In this document: positions 27,197 to 42,486 of the stretch, piece after piece
Numbering within the stretch: position 1 is the stretch's first letter
Layout: every line of letters starts with the position of its first letter
Source: the human T2T-CHM13v2.0 reference genome, Homo sapiens
Assembly: GCF_009914755.1 (NCBI RefSeq)
Contig: NC_060942.1
Strand: one strand, 5' to 3'
DNA: 64,000 nt
Position numbers and translations under genes: made by a program
The notes under the pieces: generated by a model
What the model was told of the DNA's origin: nothing
The model's database searches: none
The model's input: only the letters and a program-made list of their open reading frames with translations

Positions 27197-27313
27197 CTGC
27201 TACACCTTGATTTTGGACCTCTGTCCTACACACTGTGAGAGAATAAATTTCTATTGATTTAAGCCTCTGAGTTTGTGGCAATTGATTATGGTAGGCCTAG
27301 GGTAACTAGTACA
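26861..27313 (+). mobile_element. MLT1B/C-like LTR with internal (TAAA)n, probably nested in an older MLT1-type LTR (~26600-27560)
   Basis: cttatttggaaatagagtctttgtagatgtaattaag...gacagattctccctc...ctgtgagagaataaatttct...aactagtaca. Confidence 0.82.
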
Positions 27314-27789
27314 GACTGCTTTGCTAGGCCATTAGAAAGAAAAAAACAAATTCTCCTGGCATTTTTTTCTACCAGATAAAACATTCATGATAACAGAACT
27401 AACATGGAGGAAAGAAGAGATAGAAGGCAAAAATATTGACTCCCAATATCATGACAGCATCTCTGTTTGCAATGGCTGAAGTCTATCTATCTACCTTGGG
27501 CTGTATTAAGCCATATGGAATTGGATTTCTTTTACATGCAACCAAGAACCTTGATTAATGAAGCTAGAAATGTTTGAACAAGAGTTGTAAATGTTAGGTG
27601 TGATTTGGGAGTGTTTATTGATCAACATCCAATTAGTTACATGTGAAATAAAATCCAAATTTCATAGGTTCATTGACTTCAATACATTTAAAAATAATTC
27701 ATTGCATAATTATATTTACACAACACATTGATATTAGCTAAGCTTTCTATGGGGGTGATTCTTCGATTTGTCCCCCATTAATTAATTAA

Positions 27790-28920
<1,131 letters not shown>

Positions 28921-28959
28921 CCGAACCACTGACAAACAACCATTATCTTTTTTTTTTTT

Positions 28960-29500
28960 TTGGACTTGGCAGCATTCAACATTAGTAGCAGAGGAGATGT
29001 GTATGTTCTGCCCCTTCAGTTCCTTTGTGTTTGTCACAGTGTGAGCATCTCTCTCAACCTATGATTAAAGGTGAATATTTCCATATATCATTATTTCCAA
29101 AGCAGCCCAAATCCTTTACCTTGCCATCAGACGAGGTCTATTCTAACCAACGCTGAAGGTAAAGAAATACCAAGACCTCAAATAGTGGTTTTTAAAGAAT
29201 TCTTAATGAAAATATTGTGATCAGCAAAGTTGACTCAATGCTTTATATCTGAATGCCTCACCATATTTGATCCACTCTTCTTGTTATATTTCTAGCTCAG
29301 TTGCTCGTATTTTCTCTCAATCTCCTTGGCATATTCCTTCTATCATTCAACAGTGGACATTCCAAAAGGCCAATTCCTTTGGTGGTGCTGTTTTCCTCTT
29401 TCATTTTATTCCTTCAAACGGATCCATTTTGCCAAGGTCAGCTCTCCTCCATATGTGTTTGGCCCTCGTACCTCCTCTGAGTTCTGGTTAAATTATCTTT
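28960..29500 (+). mobile_element. Highly decayed L2
   Basis: gcagcattcaaca... and ccaaatcctttacc resemble L2 ORF2-region remnants. Confidence 0.4.
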
Positions 29501-30891
29501 GACAGTGTATTAGATGTTTCTACTCAGTAATTCACAGATATTCTCAACAAAAAAAAGTCAGTGTTTTTTTTTTGTTTGAAAGTAAACCCTCCAACCTTCC
29601 CCCAGGTTCACCAGCCTTATTCTCGTCTGGCTCCCACTGTGGGATTGCCATTCCGGTTATGGCCACATTAACATTTCAATGTATCCCTTTTGCATTGCTC
29701 TATAGTTTGTGTACATTTTTATTTCATTATTCTTCCTAAAATCTTTTGAGTATTTCTTCTTCTGTTTTTCAGATTCTTCTTCAAATTATACATCAGTCTA
29801 TCTCTTATTCATGTCTAAATACAGCCAAGCCAGCCATTGCAAACTCCAAGAAGCCATTGACCAGCTTTACTATTACGATTTTTGAACTTTGTCAACAATC
29901 TGGCTATACACTATTTTTTTTCATTTCGCATTTACATTTTGACTAAAATTATTCACTATATAAAATAAAGTTGTTCTTTCCATGATAATTAAAATTGGTG
30001 AGTATCTGGTGACATTCTCTAATCCACAAGTAGTTCCCTTTGATGACAACACCCTGTTTTCAAAGTTAGACACGATGCATAAACACAGATAGATTTAATG
30101 TCCTACTTTTTTTTTTTGAAATATTGCAATTCTGAGGCAGAAAGCAGTCAATTAAGGCAGAGCAGAGATTTTTCTTGCCTTCATTTACATGCGTAAGATC
30201 ACTATGTTTACAGTTGGAGTAGTATTTGTCCCAAATCATACTTTTTCCATCCAAGTTGCTGGTATTATGTTGAGTTAAAACTTCTCTTAGACTCTGGCAA
30301 AACTTTAGCTATTCATTTGGAAAGTCTTTATTAATTTTCATCTTTTCTCTATTTTTATGTCTTTTACTTGAAAAGTGGAAGGGCAAGATACAATTTTAAA
30401 TAAAAAAATTTGCATAATTGTTTGTCAAATTCTCATTCATTCTGATTGGATGCTAATTCAGTCAGGAACTGAGTTTTATTCTTTGTCACTGCAGCATCTA
30501 GTTCAATGCCATATACATAATAAATGAAATGTATTTGATAGAGGAATAAATAGCTGTGAAATTTACTTTGAATTTGCATTCCATTAAATAATTGTGTTAA
30601 TTCTCTCAGGCAACATTCATATTCCTTTTTGCTAAAGACCTTTACTTAGCAAATAATTTAACTGAGACAAAATAGTGATTTTTCTGGTGAGAATTTCAGA
30701 AATTACACAGTCAACTGTGGTTATTTGGAGCAAGCTATTTGTACATCTAAGGAGGATGTATAGTATGTACTTTGTTAGACACCTTTTCTATCTTATAAAT
30801 CAACATTTTTTCCAGATTCTGAACTGCTTCGATTGAGGCCATTAGAAAAATAAAATTTCTCAAAATTTTCTGTACTTTACAAACAGGTTAG

Positions 30892-31239
<348 letters not shown>

Positions 31240-31955
31240 TAAAACTGTTGTTTCAATTATTGTAACATTTTGTTTGCATTGCATAAAAATTTAAGCAAGA
31301 TCAGAATGAAATATATATATATATTTGAATTTGCTAGAGATTTTTTCAAATGCTTAAACAAAATCCCACCCAGCCTTTAGAATAATTATTATGTACAATG
31401 TTCCTCCAATTCATTAGAACTATAGAACTTCAAAAAAGAGAATTCTATGTTAAACTGACAAATAAAATAAAGGGCTTTCCTTGCACCTGCACATAAAGTA
31501 ATTAAAACTACAGTGTTTTTTAGAAGATAGTTTCAGTCTTAAAAAATGTTGTTATCACACAGCTCCTAAATATCCATTTAGTCATCAAAAATGATTGCCC
31601 TTGGTCTTTGCACTTTGTTAAATATTTAGTTGAAGATGAGGGATAGAATGTTTCCCCAATAGTTTTTAATTCATCATATTATAATTTACTTTTGACCCAT
31701 TTTTATAAGTGATTAGAAATAATCTTAGAAAATTTTCCATATATTCTATTTTAGTAAACATTTGATATTTGAAACTTCATTGTGACAACATGTAATTTAA
31801 AGAAACTCATTTACATTATCCAAAACTATTACTCTTCTTAAAATGATAGACAACGCTTTCAGTGTAACTGCTTTTTAGATGTATCTTCTGAATAACAATT
31901 TTTTTTCTAGACACTTGCATTCATGGTTTTGTCTTCCATCTCTATTTCAGTAAAC

Positions 31956-32166
31956 TAGGTGGGAACTGAACAATGAGAACATGTGGACACGGGAAGGGGA
32001 ACATCACACACCAGGGCCTGTTGCGGGGCGGGGGGAGAGGGGAGGGATAGCATTAGGAGATATACCTAATGTTAAATGACGAGTTAATGGGTGCAGCACA
32101 CCAGCATGGCACATGTATACATATGTAACAAACCTGCACGTTGTGCACATGTACCCTAAAGTATAA

Positions 32167-32205
<39 letters not shown>
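31956..32205 (+). mobile_element. Young L1PA (PA3/PA4-like) 3'UTR, 5'-truncated
   Basis: gggatagcattaggagatatacctaatgttaaatgacgagttaatgggtgcagcacacc...; G-rich tract; (TAAA)n tail. Confidence 0.95.
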
Positions 32206-34892
32206 CATTTTCAAATCTACCAAAAAAAAAAAGTCTGGTTATTTAACCAAAGTGAAAATACCTATTGTCCCATAGAGGAAGCATTAGGGTTTTGTTTTTA
32301 ACAGTGCTATCTGGCAATTCCTATGTATGTGTCCACGTAGGAAAATTAAGGCTACTCCCTTGCAGTTGTTAGATATTTTCATGTGAATTAAAGACATTTT
32401 CATGACATTGGTTAAATCATGAAAAAGTTTTTCTTTAGATTCCTCTCATTTCATAATTAGTTTTCAGTTATTATGCTTACTATTTAGATGGTCTATGTAA
32501 AGTTGAATATCAATTCTTCATTTACAAAAAATATTTTCATATTCACAGTGAAATAACGATATTCACACAGGTGATTCCAGAACAATCCACAGACCATTCT
32601 TGTGTATTTACTAGTTTTTGACAAACACAGTCAACTCTTTCCTTTGGTTTCAATATGCAGTCTTTCTAAGGCAAGTGCAATGCTGGGGCCATTAAGTGTT
32701 CTCATGTTTATTTTTTGACTGGAACTTTCAGTTTTACTATAGGAAAGGATTCAAGTTCCCTATGAAGTCTTTGGGAGTATACAGAAGAGCAACTCTTCTC
32801 TTTTTTTAATTTTCAAATATTATTGGAATGAAATAAAGAGAGAACTTCCACTTCCAAAACACATGTCAGACAGCTATAGCCCACCAATGTTTCTACAGTA
32901 TCAACTAAAATAAACCAGACAAATTAGAACTACAGAACTATATAGAGCTATATATAATTATAGTTACAGAACTTACAGTTATAGTCCTGCTGTCTTTATT
33001 AACAACATTTAAATTTTCTACTAGAATTCAGTAACTCTGTTGTTAGAAAATTTAAATGTGAATGTTTCCAAATTTCCTCCTTGAATAATAAACAGTTGAA
33101 AAGTAGGCACTGGGTTTATGAGCCACCTGTATCTGTTTCATTGATTTATAGTCTTTGATGCCTAGAATATTTTACACATAATTAGTAGTCAATAAATCTT
33201 AGTGAAATTAATTAATTAAATATAATTAATTCTGGGTGATTTGATATAATTAAATGATGGCAAATACAGAATAATTGCTTTGAAAATGATTGAGACAGTT
33301 AAAAATAAATTTGAAATAAAAGGCCCTGATAATGTGTCATGGAGATTTCAGTAAAGTTCAAGAGAAGTGGACTAACAACTTGTCCATGCATTAAAACGTA
33401 GCGCAGCTGTTAGTCAGAATTTCAAATCACGCAAGGGGTTTTGTCAACTGTAACTCATCTCCTTTCATGAACTGATGTCGTGATCTAAGAAACAGGTAAA
33501 ATTTGGAACAATAGACATAATTTCAAGTGAAAGAGTTTCAAAAGAAATCCAACCTTTGGCCTCACATGTGGAATTTTGTACCTTAGCTCCTTGTACTTTA
33601 CAGTACAGCTCCTCTCTGTTGGAATTTCAGCAGCCAAAGCAACTTGAACCAAAGTTTACTGGACTCTCCCTAAATATTGCAACCGAGTTGCTTCACAGTA
33701 GAATTATATAAGAGTAAAACAAACAAATACTGGCCAGAATTTGTGACTAGTATTAGTAATGTTAATGAAGGAAAACACATAAAACTCTTTTTGAAAAGCC
33801 AATATGCTACATAAAATTATACGTACTGTGCATCAAGGGTGATGTTGGAAATACCCAGCTGTGATAATTTTGTCAATATGTAAAGTAATTAACTACAACG
33901 GTAAACTGAAGCATCTATTTTAGTAGTGTTAATGATATTTATAATTCTTCCTAAAGTGTCATGCCAGGATTACCAAGTACTTCATAAAATGCATACTCTA
34001 CTTCTTATTTCCTGCTGATTGGCAAAGAAATCATACCGCATCCAAAAGAAGGAGTTTAGGGAATCTCTTAGGGTCAAATTTTCATGCTAAAGAGTATGAA
34101 GAGAAAACACTGGCCCTTCCTCTATTTAAAATTCAAGTCATTTAAATATAAAGCATTAGGAATGCATCTGAGATCAGAGATTTTCTAAGTGATAACATTT
34201 AATTTGAAACAATTTACAGTAAAGCATTATGAATCCATTAGACTTTGGAAGCAAAGTTTTAAGTCTTGGACATAATTCACCAAATACTGTAGTGAGGAGG
34301 GATTTAAACAAGGACAATATATAATTCTGCTTGTAATTCTGGCTAAATAGATGAAGCACAGCTGGACTTAGGACCAAACTCTCACTAAATGTTGGGAAAC
34401 ATAGGAAACTTTTGGCTAATCTCCAGGTGGCACAGTAAATTTGCTTTGTCGCCCACTAAACGTATCTTCAACCAGCATCTAGATTCTTCAATATGAACAG
34501 AACTTTTCAAATGTCCTTGAAAAGTCACGAGGTACTAGAATAAATCTTTGCCTAGACTCTGATTGTTTTATAAATGAAATCTTGCTTTTCTCTTAAGATA
34601 ATGCTAGGCAACAAAACCTCTCCCTTAAATTGGTATATTTGCAAACAAATCTCTATGAATTGATGCTATACTATGCAAGGGTACAGCATAATATACTACC
34701 CTATAATATACTAAACATACTAAACTTACTAAACTATACTATAAAGGCATCACCATCTTCTGGAAGTATTTATTGCTTGCACATAAATCCCAGCTCATCT
34801 GTCTTGCCACTATAAATTCATATAATTTCTGGGCCATGAAGAATTTCTTTTCCAATTTGACTTTATTATAACTTTAATAATGGGATCATTTT

Positions 34893-34975
34893 TATTATTT
34901 ACAAAGTAAATATTTATTTATTATTTACAAAGATATTTTACAAAGTAAGATATTATTTACAAAGTAAGATATTTT
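34893..34975. repeat. Degenerate tandem repeat, 4 copies of a tttacaaag-containing unit
   Basis: tattatttacaaagtaa(ga) repeated with indels. Confidence 0.8.
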
Positions 34976-35683
34976 AAACTTCCATCTTCTTATATACTAC
35001 AATAGATCACTATTCTCAGTCTGAATGCAGGTTTTGATAAAATATTTAAAACTGTTCGTTACTCATAAACAATAGAAAGTTGGTTCTGTCTGAAACAGGA
35101 AACAAAAATGTTCTTTGCATTGTTTGCAAAAGAATTACATAAATGATCATCTGAAATGCTAATGAATCATGTAAAAATAATAGATATTATAAAGTTTTCA
35201 AGAACAAAGAATACTCTCTATTACCTTATGGGGGGAAACCCTTCCTGCCTGAAAAAATAAGTGCTAAAATTGTAATTGTAAATGGACTGGGGAGACTTTA
35301 TGTTAAATAGAGAATTAATACCTAATTCCGTTTTAGTCCATGAGTCTTGTGTGTTCTGTAAAATATTTCCCTATTTTAGAAAGCCTCTAAAATTTTTTTG
35401 GTTTCTGACAATGAAATGTTAAGTCTCCCCTATATCAAAACATCTTATGCAAAATATGGCACATCATCTTCTGAGGTGGAAATTCACGTAAATTTACATT
35501 ACAGTAAGGATCATGACCCATTCAACATATTTTGTCACCTGATGCTTTAAAATGGTTGCTGAAAGCACTGTTGAAAAATAGGCAGCTCTGATTAATTAAA
35601 CCTATGAAAAGATTAATAATATCTCTATAGGTACCATCAAAAAAGTTTTTTCTATTATTTTAATTTTCACATTTAAGATATAA

Positions 35684-36134
<451 letters not shown>

Positions 36135-36139
36135 GGATA

Positions 36140-37100
36140 CTGTAATTGTCATGTGGTAGACACCAATATAAAGTCTGACTACCATATTCTTTCATCAAAT
36201 GTGTGCCAATTCAGTGGGTAAAAAATGTAATCTTACACAATTTTAATTTGTGTCTTTCATATTATCAGCGATTCTAAATGTGTTTTAAAATATGCATTTA
36301 TTTCCCTATAGCCTGAATGTTCATATTTTTACCTCCTTTCTCTGTTAGGGTGCTGGTTATTCTCTTGTATTTGATAACTTCCTTAAATATTTTTCACAAA
36401 AATAAGCTATTGTATGTCATATATTTTGTTTAAAATTTTTCTAGTTTTCTTTTTGCTCTTTGAAATTGCTTCTCATACATATATTTTTTATCATGACGTT
36501 TAAATTTTTTCCCATAATCAGTTATAATTTATTGATTTATCCTGCTTATTGTGTTATGCTTATAAATATTTTCTTACTGAAGTAATCTTTTAAATTTACC
36601 TTCATTAGACAGATCTATCTTGTTTGGCCATTTATTTTTATTTTTAGAACCAGGTACGGACATAAATCCATTTTTCCCCATGTGGCTATATAGTATTCTC
36701 GATTGTACCTAGTACACGTTTTTTATAATCCATATTTCCTTTAATAATTTGAAATGCTGTATATATATTTATTTCTTGGCTTTCTCTCTGCTTCCACTGA
36801 AATTTCTATGTACACATGTATCATTATCATTTGAATTACTATAGTTTTATAGTATATTAGACATCACAGATAAAGCATACTGATATGTATTACATAGGTT
36901 TTCCAAAAATCTTCTGATATTATTAATTTTTTTGTATTTTTATCCGAGCCTTAAGAGAGCATGTAGCATTTCAAAGGAAAATCAGATTTTTATTTTATAG
37001 GAGCCATAATAAATTAATAAATGGATATTTGACATTTTTATAATTTTGATACATTTCGACATTATTGTTATAATACTGGCACTTACTATTGAATAACAGA
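36140..37100 (-). mobile_element. Old L1ME-type ORF2 remnant
   Basis: tgccaattcagtgggtaaaaaatg..atctt...ttttaatttg; T-rich antisense L1 texture. Confidence 0.6.
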
Positions 37101-37217
37101 TATCTAATTTTTCTTATCAATGTTTTAAATATTTTATTAAAGTGATTCTCCATATTTCTTTATAAGAAACATTACTGAAGCAGAGACTGAGTAAAATAGG
37201 TATCACAGCCTCCCAAC

Positions 37218-37286
37218 ATCTTCCTCCTCCATCTCTTCCTCCCACTCCTCCTCCTTTTCCTCCTCCACTTCCTTCACCTCCTCCCA
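37218..37286. repeat. (CCT)n-like pyrimidine tract
   Basis: cttcctcctccatctcttcctcccactcctcctccttttcctcctcc. Confidence 0.85.
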
Positions 37287-38418
37287 TTTGGTGAATCCAC
37301 ATGGAAATCAGACATTAAGGCTTGGGGAAAAACAGGGTAGGAAATGATAGACAATTAGTCTAAAGAATCAAATAAGAAAAATGTAACCATCATTAGAAAA
37401 AGAAAGCGGTTTTGCTTTTTACAATTCTCAGTTTATTTCCATTTCAGTTTGGATTTTATTCATAGCAGTTTCCATGGACCATGCCCACAACTGTAATCTC
37501 AAAGAATTTTTATCCCATTTGCTGCTTCAAATATATTATATATTGGTTCTTCACTGTGTCAAATTGGTTTTTTTCTTATTTGAACTTTGTAGATTTGTCT
37601 TCTTCCTTTACAATAGCGTTTTTCTTTAATATGTATCAACCAATTTTGATTATTTTTTTCCAAAATGTCATATACTCATTGTCAGTAGATTGGTGGGTCA
37701 TGCTCTTTTTAGGCAGAATTATTTCCTTAATATTTACTTTGGAATGAGATGATTTCCTCCTGGGCTCTGTTTTGATGAACACGGTAAGGGAAATTATCCA
37801 AAGCAATGCTGCAGATTGTCAGGAAGACCCCTAATGCACAGTGTAACTCATAAGGTGCATCACAGTTGTAATTTGTTTGGAGGTTTTCCTTGTTTCGTTT
37901 TATTTTCAATGAATAGGAAATACTGACCTCTGCAGTGCTTCTTATTCACTCAAAAGCTTCCCACCCGGCACATGGTTCCAAAGGTGGTATGCCTGAAATT
38001 TCTTCACCCACTTCCCCGTTTAGCCTACCTTTCTCGTTATTCTTCAATGTCAGAGGGCTTTCACAAGGCCCATGCATTACTTTTGCACCTAATGTTATAG
38101 CTCTAAACAAAGTTATTAGTTTTTTTTTTCCACAATCTTAGAGAAATCTCTGCTCTGCTGGTTCTGTCCACGTGCAGAATAAGCAGGCATGTTCTTGTGT
38201 TCTACCTCAAAAACTTCCATCATTTAAAAAAAATAGGTATGGCATGATTTTTACAGTTATATCGGTTTTCTAATATTGTCAAGGATGGTGGATGTTAGAC
38301 TTTCCAGTTTTCCTTATTGTTTCTGATTTTTTTCACAACGGAAAAACAGGTAAAAGTGATTTATACTTCACCATTTTATATTTCAGTTTTATGCACTTCC
38401 AGGTTTGCGTGTGCATGA

Positions 38419-38419
<1 letters not shown>

Positions 38420-38452
<33 letters not shown>
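38420..38452. repeat. (TG)n microsatellite
   Basis: About 16 TG units. Confidence 0.98.
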
Positions 38453-38456
<4 letters not shown>

Positions 38457-38949
38457 ATGCATGATTATTTTGCTATTTGACTAGTTTTAACATGGGATGC
38501 TTGCAATTTACTTTTTAGTTTTAATTTTCTAGTCTGATTTTGAAATTAGTAGGAGCCTGGTAGGAAAACTTTAGGTTTTCCAGTGAAAAATAAGCAAAAG
38601 CAAATAAGCTGTATGCTCTCATATATTTGTAAAATGTACATAATTACCCCATCTATAATATTAATCAGCTGCTTGAAGTTGGATGAGGTGGGCAGATAAT
38701 GTGTTGTTTTAGTTAGTAGGTTTCTGGATTAGAAGGAGCTATATTTAGACCTGACTGAATTTATGAGATCCTGGAGTTTGAGTTTGATGATTTGATGGAA
38801 TGATGATTCGGGGCAGTCTTGGTGGGTGGTAAGTGCACTTTTAATTTGTGTAACACTTGAAGAATTCTGACTGAAGGGGCAGAATTTGGTAGATCGCATT
38901 GTTTTTCCCAATTTTTTTTTCATCCCAGATTAAATATTTTTTTCTCTTA

Positions 38950-39363
38950 GAATTTGCAGTCCTCCATTATATTTGCAACATAAAATCTTGAGGAGCCAGA
39001 GTGTATTTCCTCTTCACGTTAATCCTGGGCTTGGCCATATGACTCTGTTGACTAATGTCAGGTGAATACAACGACAGATACCACTTACTAGCTTAGGTCT
39101 CTGATAGGTAATAAGTAAAAGCACTTTCGTGTGCTTCAGTTGTCGCTATGAGAAGAATGTGTCCCAATTATCCCAATGGTACCAGAATATTAAGGAGTGT
39201 AAGGAGCCAAGCTATGGCAGCTTACCAGGATATCTGGAGTCTGAAGAAGAGCTGATCAGCTGACCACAGTTGAGACCAAGTAATACATGGTTGTGGTTGC
39301 ATACCACTGAATTTTGGGTGTTTTTTAAATACAGTATTATTGTGACAGCAGCTGACTGGATAT
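38950..39363 (+). mobile_element. MLT1I/J-like LTR
   Basis: gagtgtatttcct...gggcttggccatatgact...ccactgaattttggg...cagtattattgtgacagcagctgactg. Confidence 0.65.
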
Positions 39364-39369
39364 AGATTA

Positions 39370-40110
39370 ATTTAATATCCATATGGAAAAGGAGGTATCA
39401 TGATTTTACCTCACACTATATACAATAAACAATTATAAATAAAATGTAATACAATTTTGGGAGGAATTATAGATATTATGTACTTGGAATAGGCAATGCA
39501 TGGCCATCAAATACATGCATAAGAATTTTCATAGCAGCAATATTTAAATGAGTCAAAACTAGAAATTACCCAAATACATGTTAAGAGTGAGATCCATATC
39601 ATTTTCCTGAAACCATATTTACCTACGCAGTAATCTATTATTTAAGCTTACTGTCAAAAGATGTCTAAAATTAAATTTATTTTGTGTAAGGTGGTTCAAT
39701 CAAGAAAGTGCAAAAAACAGTCGGATGCATAAATAAATAGTTTGCTATCGATCCATTTACAATGTATAGATCCATTTAAAATACAATTTAGCATATGCGT
39801 AATGAGAATTAATCGACTGCATACAACTACATGTAACAATATAGATGATTTAATGCATAATTTTTTTATTCACTATGCTTCTATCTAAACAAAATTCAGA
39901 AGGCAATAATGTGATCTACAGTGTTAGAGGTTAGGATGTTGTGTGCCCTTCATGGAAATCAGTGATGAAAAATGGCATCAGAAAGCTTTTTCACATGCTG
40001 GTAATGATCTCTTTCTTGATATGAATGCTGATAATATGGGTATGTTCCATTAAGCTTTATACTTAAGATTGAGTCATATATTTGGATGTGTACAATACTT
40101 CAGTAAAAAT
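39370..40110 (+). mobile_element. L1ME-type 3' end
   Basis: catgcataagaattttcatagcagca...aaaactagaaattacccaaat...tgctggtaatgatctctttcttgat...atacttcagtaaaaa. Confidence 0.7.
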
Positions 40111-40426
40111 ATTCTATAAGCATATGGAAAAAACTTCATGAAAAAGCCACAAATCAAATCATATGTAAGAAAAGTAAAATCTAATAATGTCATTACCTCA
40201 AAAATTGTTAATGTTAATTCTTATCAAATTTATAATATTTATTGTTCCATTTTTAAATATGTACACGTGTTTTTAACTGAGGAGGAAAATGGAGTCTTCT
40301 ATGTTTTTTATAATTAATAAATCAAGGTATTTTCATATATTACATAATTTTGATTTTATACTTCTCAGTAGATTTTATGCCACAAATTGTGAATTTTAGG
40401 CATAGGCTGTTAAGGAAACATTTCTG

Positions 40427-40734
<308 letters not shown>

Positions 40735-41304
40735 ATTTCTGCTCACCCATTAGATTATTGAGTGGTTCACAATAATGTTAGCTACAGGTTTTATATAATT
40801 ACAAGTTATATATTGTGTTAGAGCAATGCTATATATGGGTAATAATAATGATCCAAAAGATGAAAGACAATTTACCATAACTGCTTCTGAGTAAAACTTT
40901 TCCATGACTAATTTCAAGAATGTGAAGTTCAAATATGTACACTTTAATATTGTATTCTTATAAATCACTATTTAAAATGCAGCCTTCATAAATGAAAAAC
41001 TATACTTGAAATTCCACCAGGTTAGACTGTTAATGACAGAACTTTAACAAAATAAAATATTTATGTTTTGAAGAGTAAGTAATGAAAGCTACTTTAAAAA
41101 ACGCCACATTTTGGAAACATTCATTTTTTCCATCTTGTGATTTTTTTGTTTTGTTATCAGTTGCTTGGGAATGTTTGTTGCTGTTGTCTAATTTTGATAC
41201 CATTTGTTATTTCAAATGAAAGTACAGAAAGAATATTTTTCAGTCTTGTAAAACTTTCTTTACTCAAAAATTCAAATGGATTTCAGTTTACATTTGTTTT
41301 ACGT

Positions 41305-41830
41305 ACTAATTTACTCAATCAAAATATATGGTTAGCACATGCTGTGTGCCAGGCCCTATTCTAGGGTTTGGGCATATAGCTTTGAATAGAAATGAGCAAA
41401 ATCTCTGCCCTTATGTAAATTGCATTCCATTCTAATGGAGTGGGGTGCAGAAAAATAAATAAATGAAATATATTTCAGATGGCCATAGTAACAGAAAGAG
41501 AAATGTAGCAGACAAAAGGCAGAGGAGATATGATTTTGAAAAGTAGACTTTATCTGGAATGGGCATTTCTGTTGAGGTGATATTTGAAGAAGGCCATGAA
41601 AGAGTCAGCTGCGTAGATACCTGGAGGGGGCATTTTTGTCACAAAAAGGCCAAGACAAAACCCTTTTGGTGGTTTTGAGGAACAGTAGCAGGGTCAGCAT
41701 GACAAGAGCTTGATGAAATATATGATCGGCAAGGCAGTGGAGAAGGAGCCTCTCATTCAAGGCTTGTAGACCAACGTGTTGCACTTGGACTTTTTCTTCA
41801 ATAATATAAAAAGGACTTAGAGATTTCTAA
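41305..41830 (-). mobile_element. L2a 3' end
   Basis: tgtgtgccaggccctattctaggg...aaaatctctgccctt...cattcta. Confidence 0.75.
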
Positions 41831-41959
41831 TCACTACATACATAAAATGAATCTTATAACCAGTCAAGGTTTGAAGCAGGGAAAAATAGATTATCACAAT
41901 TTCCTAGGTTAGAAGTAATAGTGTTTGGTGAAATAAGTGGTATCTACTGAATAACTTTG

Positions 41960-42150
41960 AAGTAGCTTATCACCATTGTATATTTCATTTAACCCACTCA
42001 GCCACTCTATATGTGAGTACACGTATGACAACAAATCTTAACAAGTAAACAGAAAGAAGCTCAGCTAACTCAGGTAATTGACCCAAGGTCACACAGGTAG
42101 TCGACAGCAGGACAGAGATTTGCACATAGGTTTATTTGTCCAAATGATAT
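41960..42150 (-). mobile_element. MIR
   Basis: tatttcatttaaccc...ggtaattgacccaaggtcacacaggtagt...gatttgcacatagg. Confidence 0.7.
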
Positions 42151-42368
42151 TCCATTAAGATCCACTATCTCGAGTGTTGCCTACATTTCTCCAATATCTA
42201 TAGTAATTACCCACTGAGATCTGTACCTAGCCAGATGACTTTCATTTAAAGGAAGGTAAATATATCATGGCGCTTTCCTGCTTGTAATATTTATTAACAA
42301 TAGGATTTGGGGTTCATAAAACTGAATTTCAGTTTATTTTGAATAAAAATTTTTTTCTTTTCCATGAA

Positions 42369-42486
42369 TATCTATCTATATCTGTGGATATGTGTGTGTG
42401 TATATATATGTATGTGTGTGTATATATATGTGTGTGTGTGTGTGTATATATATATGTATAGTGTGTGTGTGTGTGTGTGTGTGTGC
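42369..42486. repeat. Compound (TG)n/(TA)n microsatellite
   Basis: Alternating TG and TA blocks. Confidence 0.97.

Noticed and set aside
28948-29500. Poly(T) followed by complex sequence, first read as a minus-strand processed pseudogene
   Set aside because: No minus-strand poly(A) signal at the right distance, no TSD and no coherent ORF; better explained as decayed L2
32024-32047. G-quadruplex-like run
   Set aside because: Standard G-rich tract of the L1PA 3'UTR
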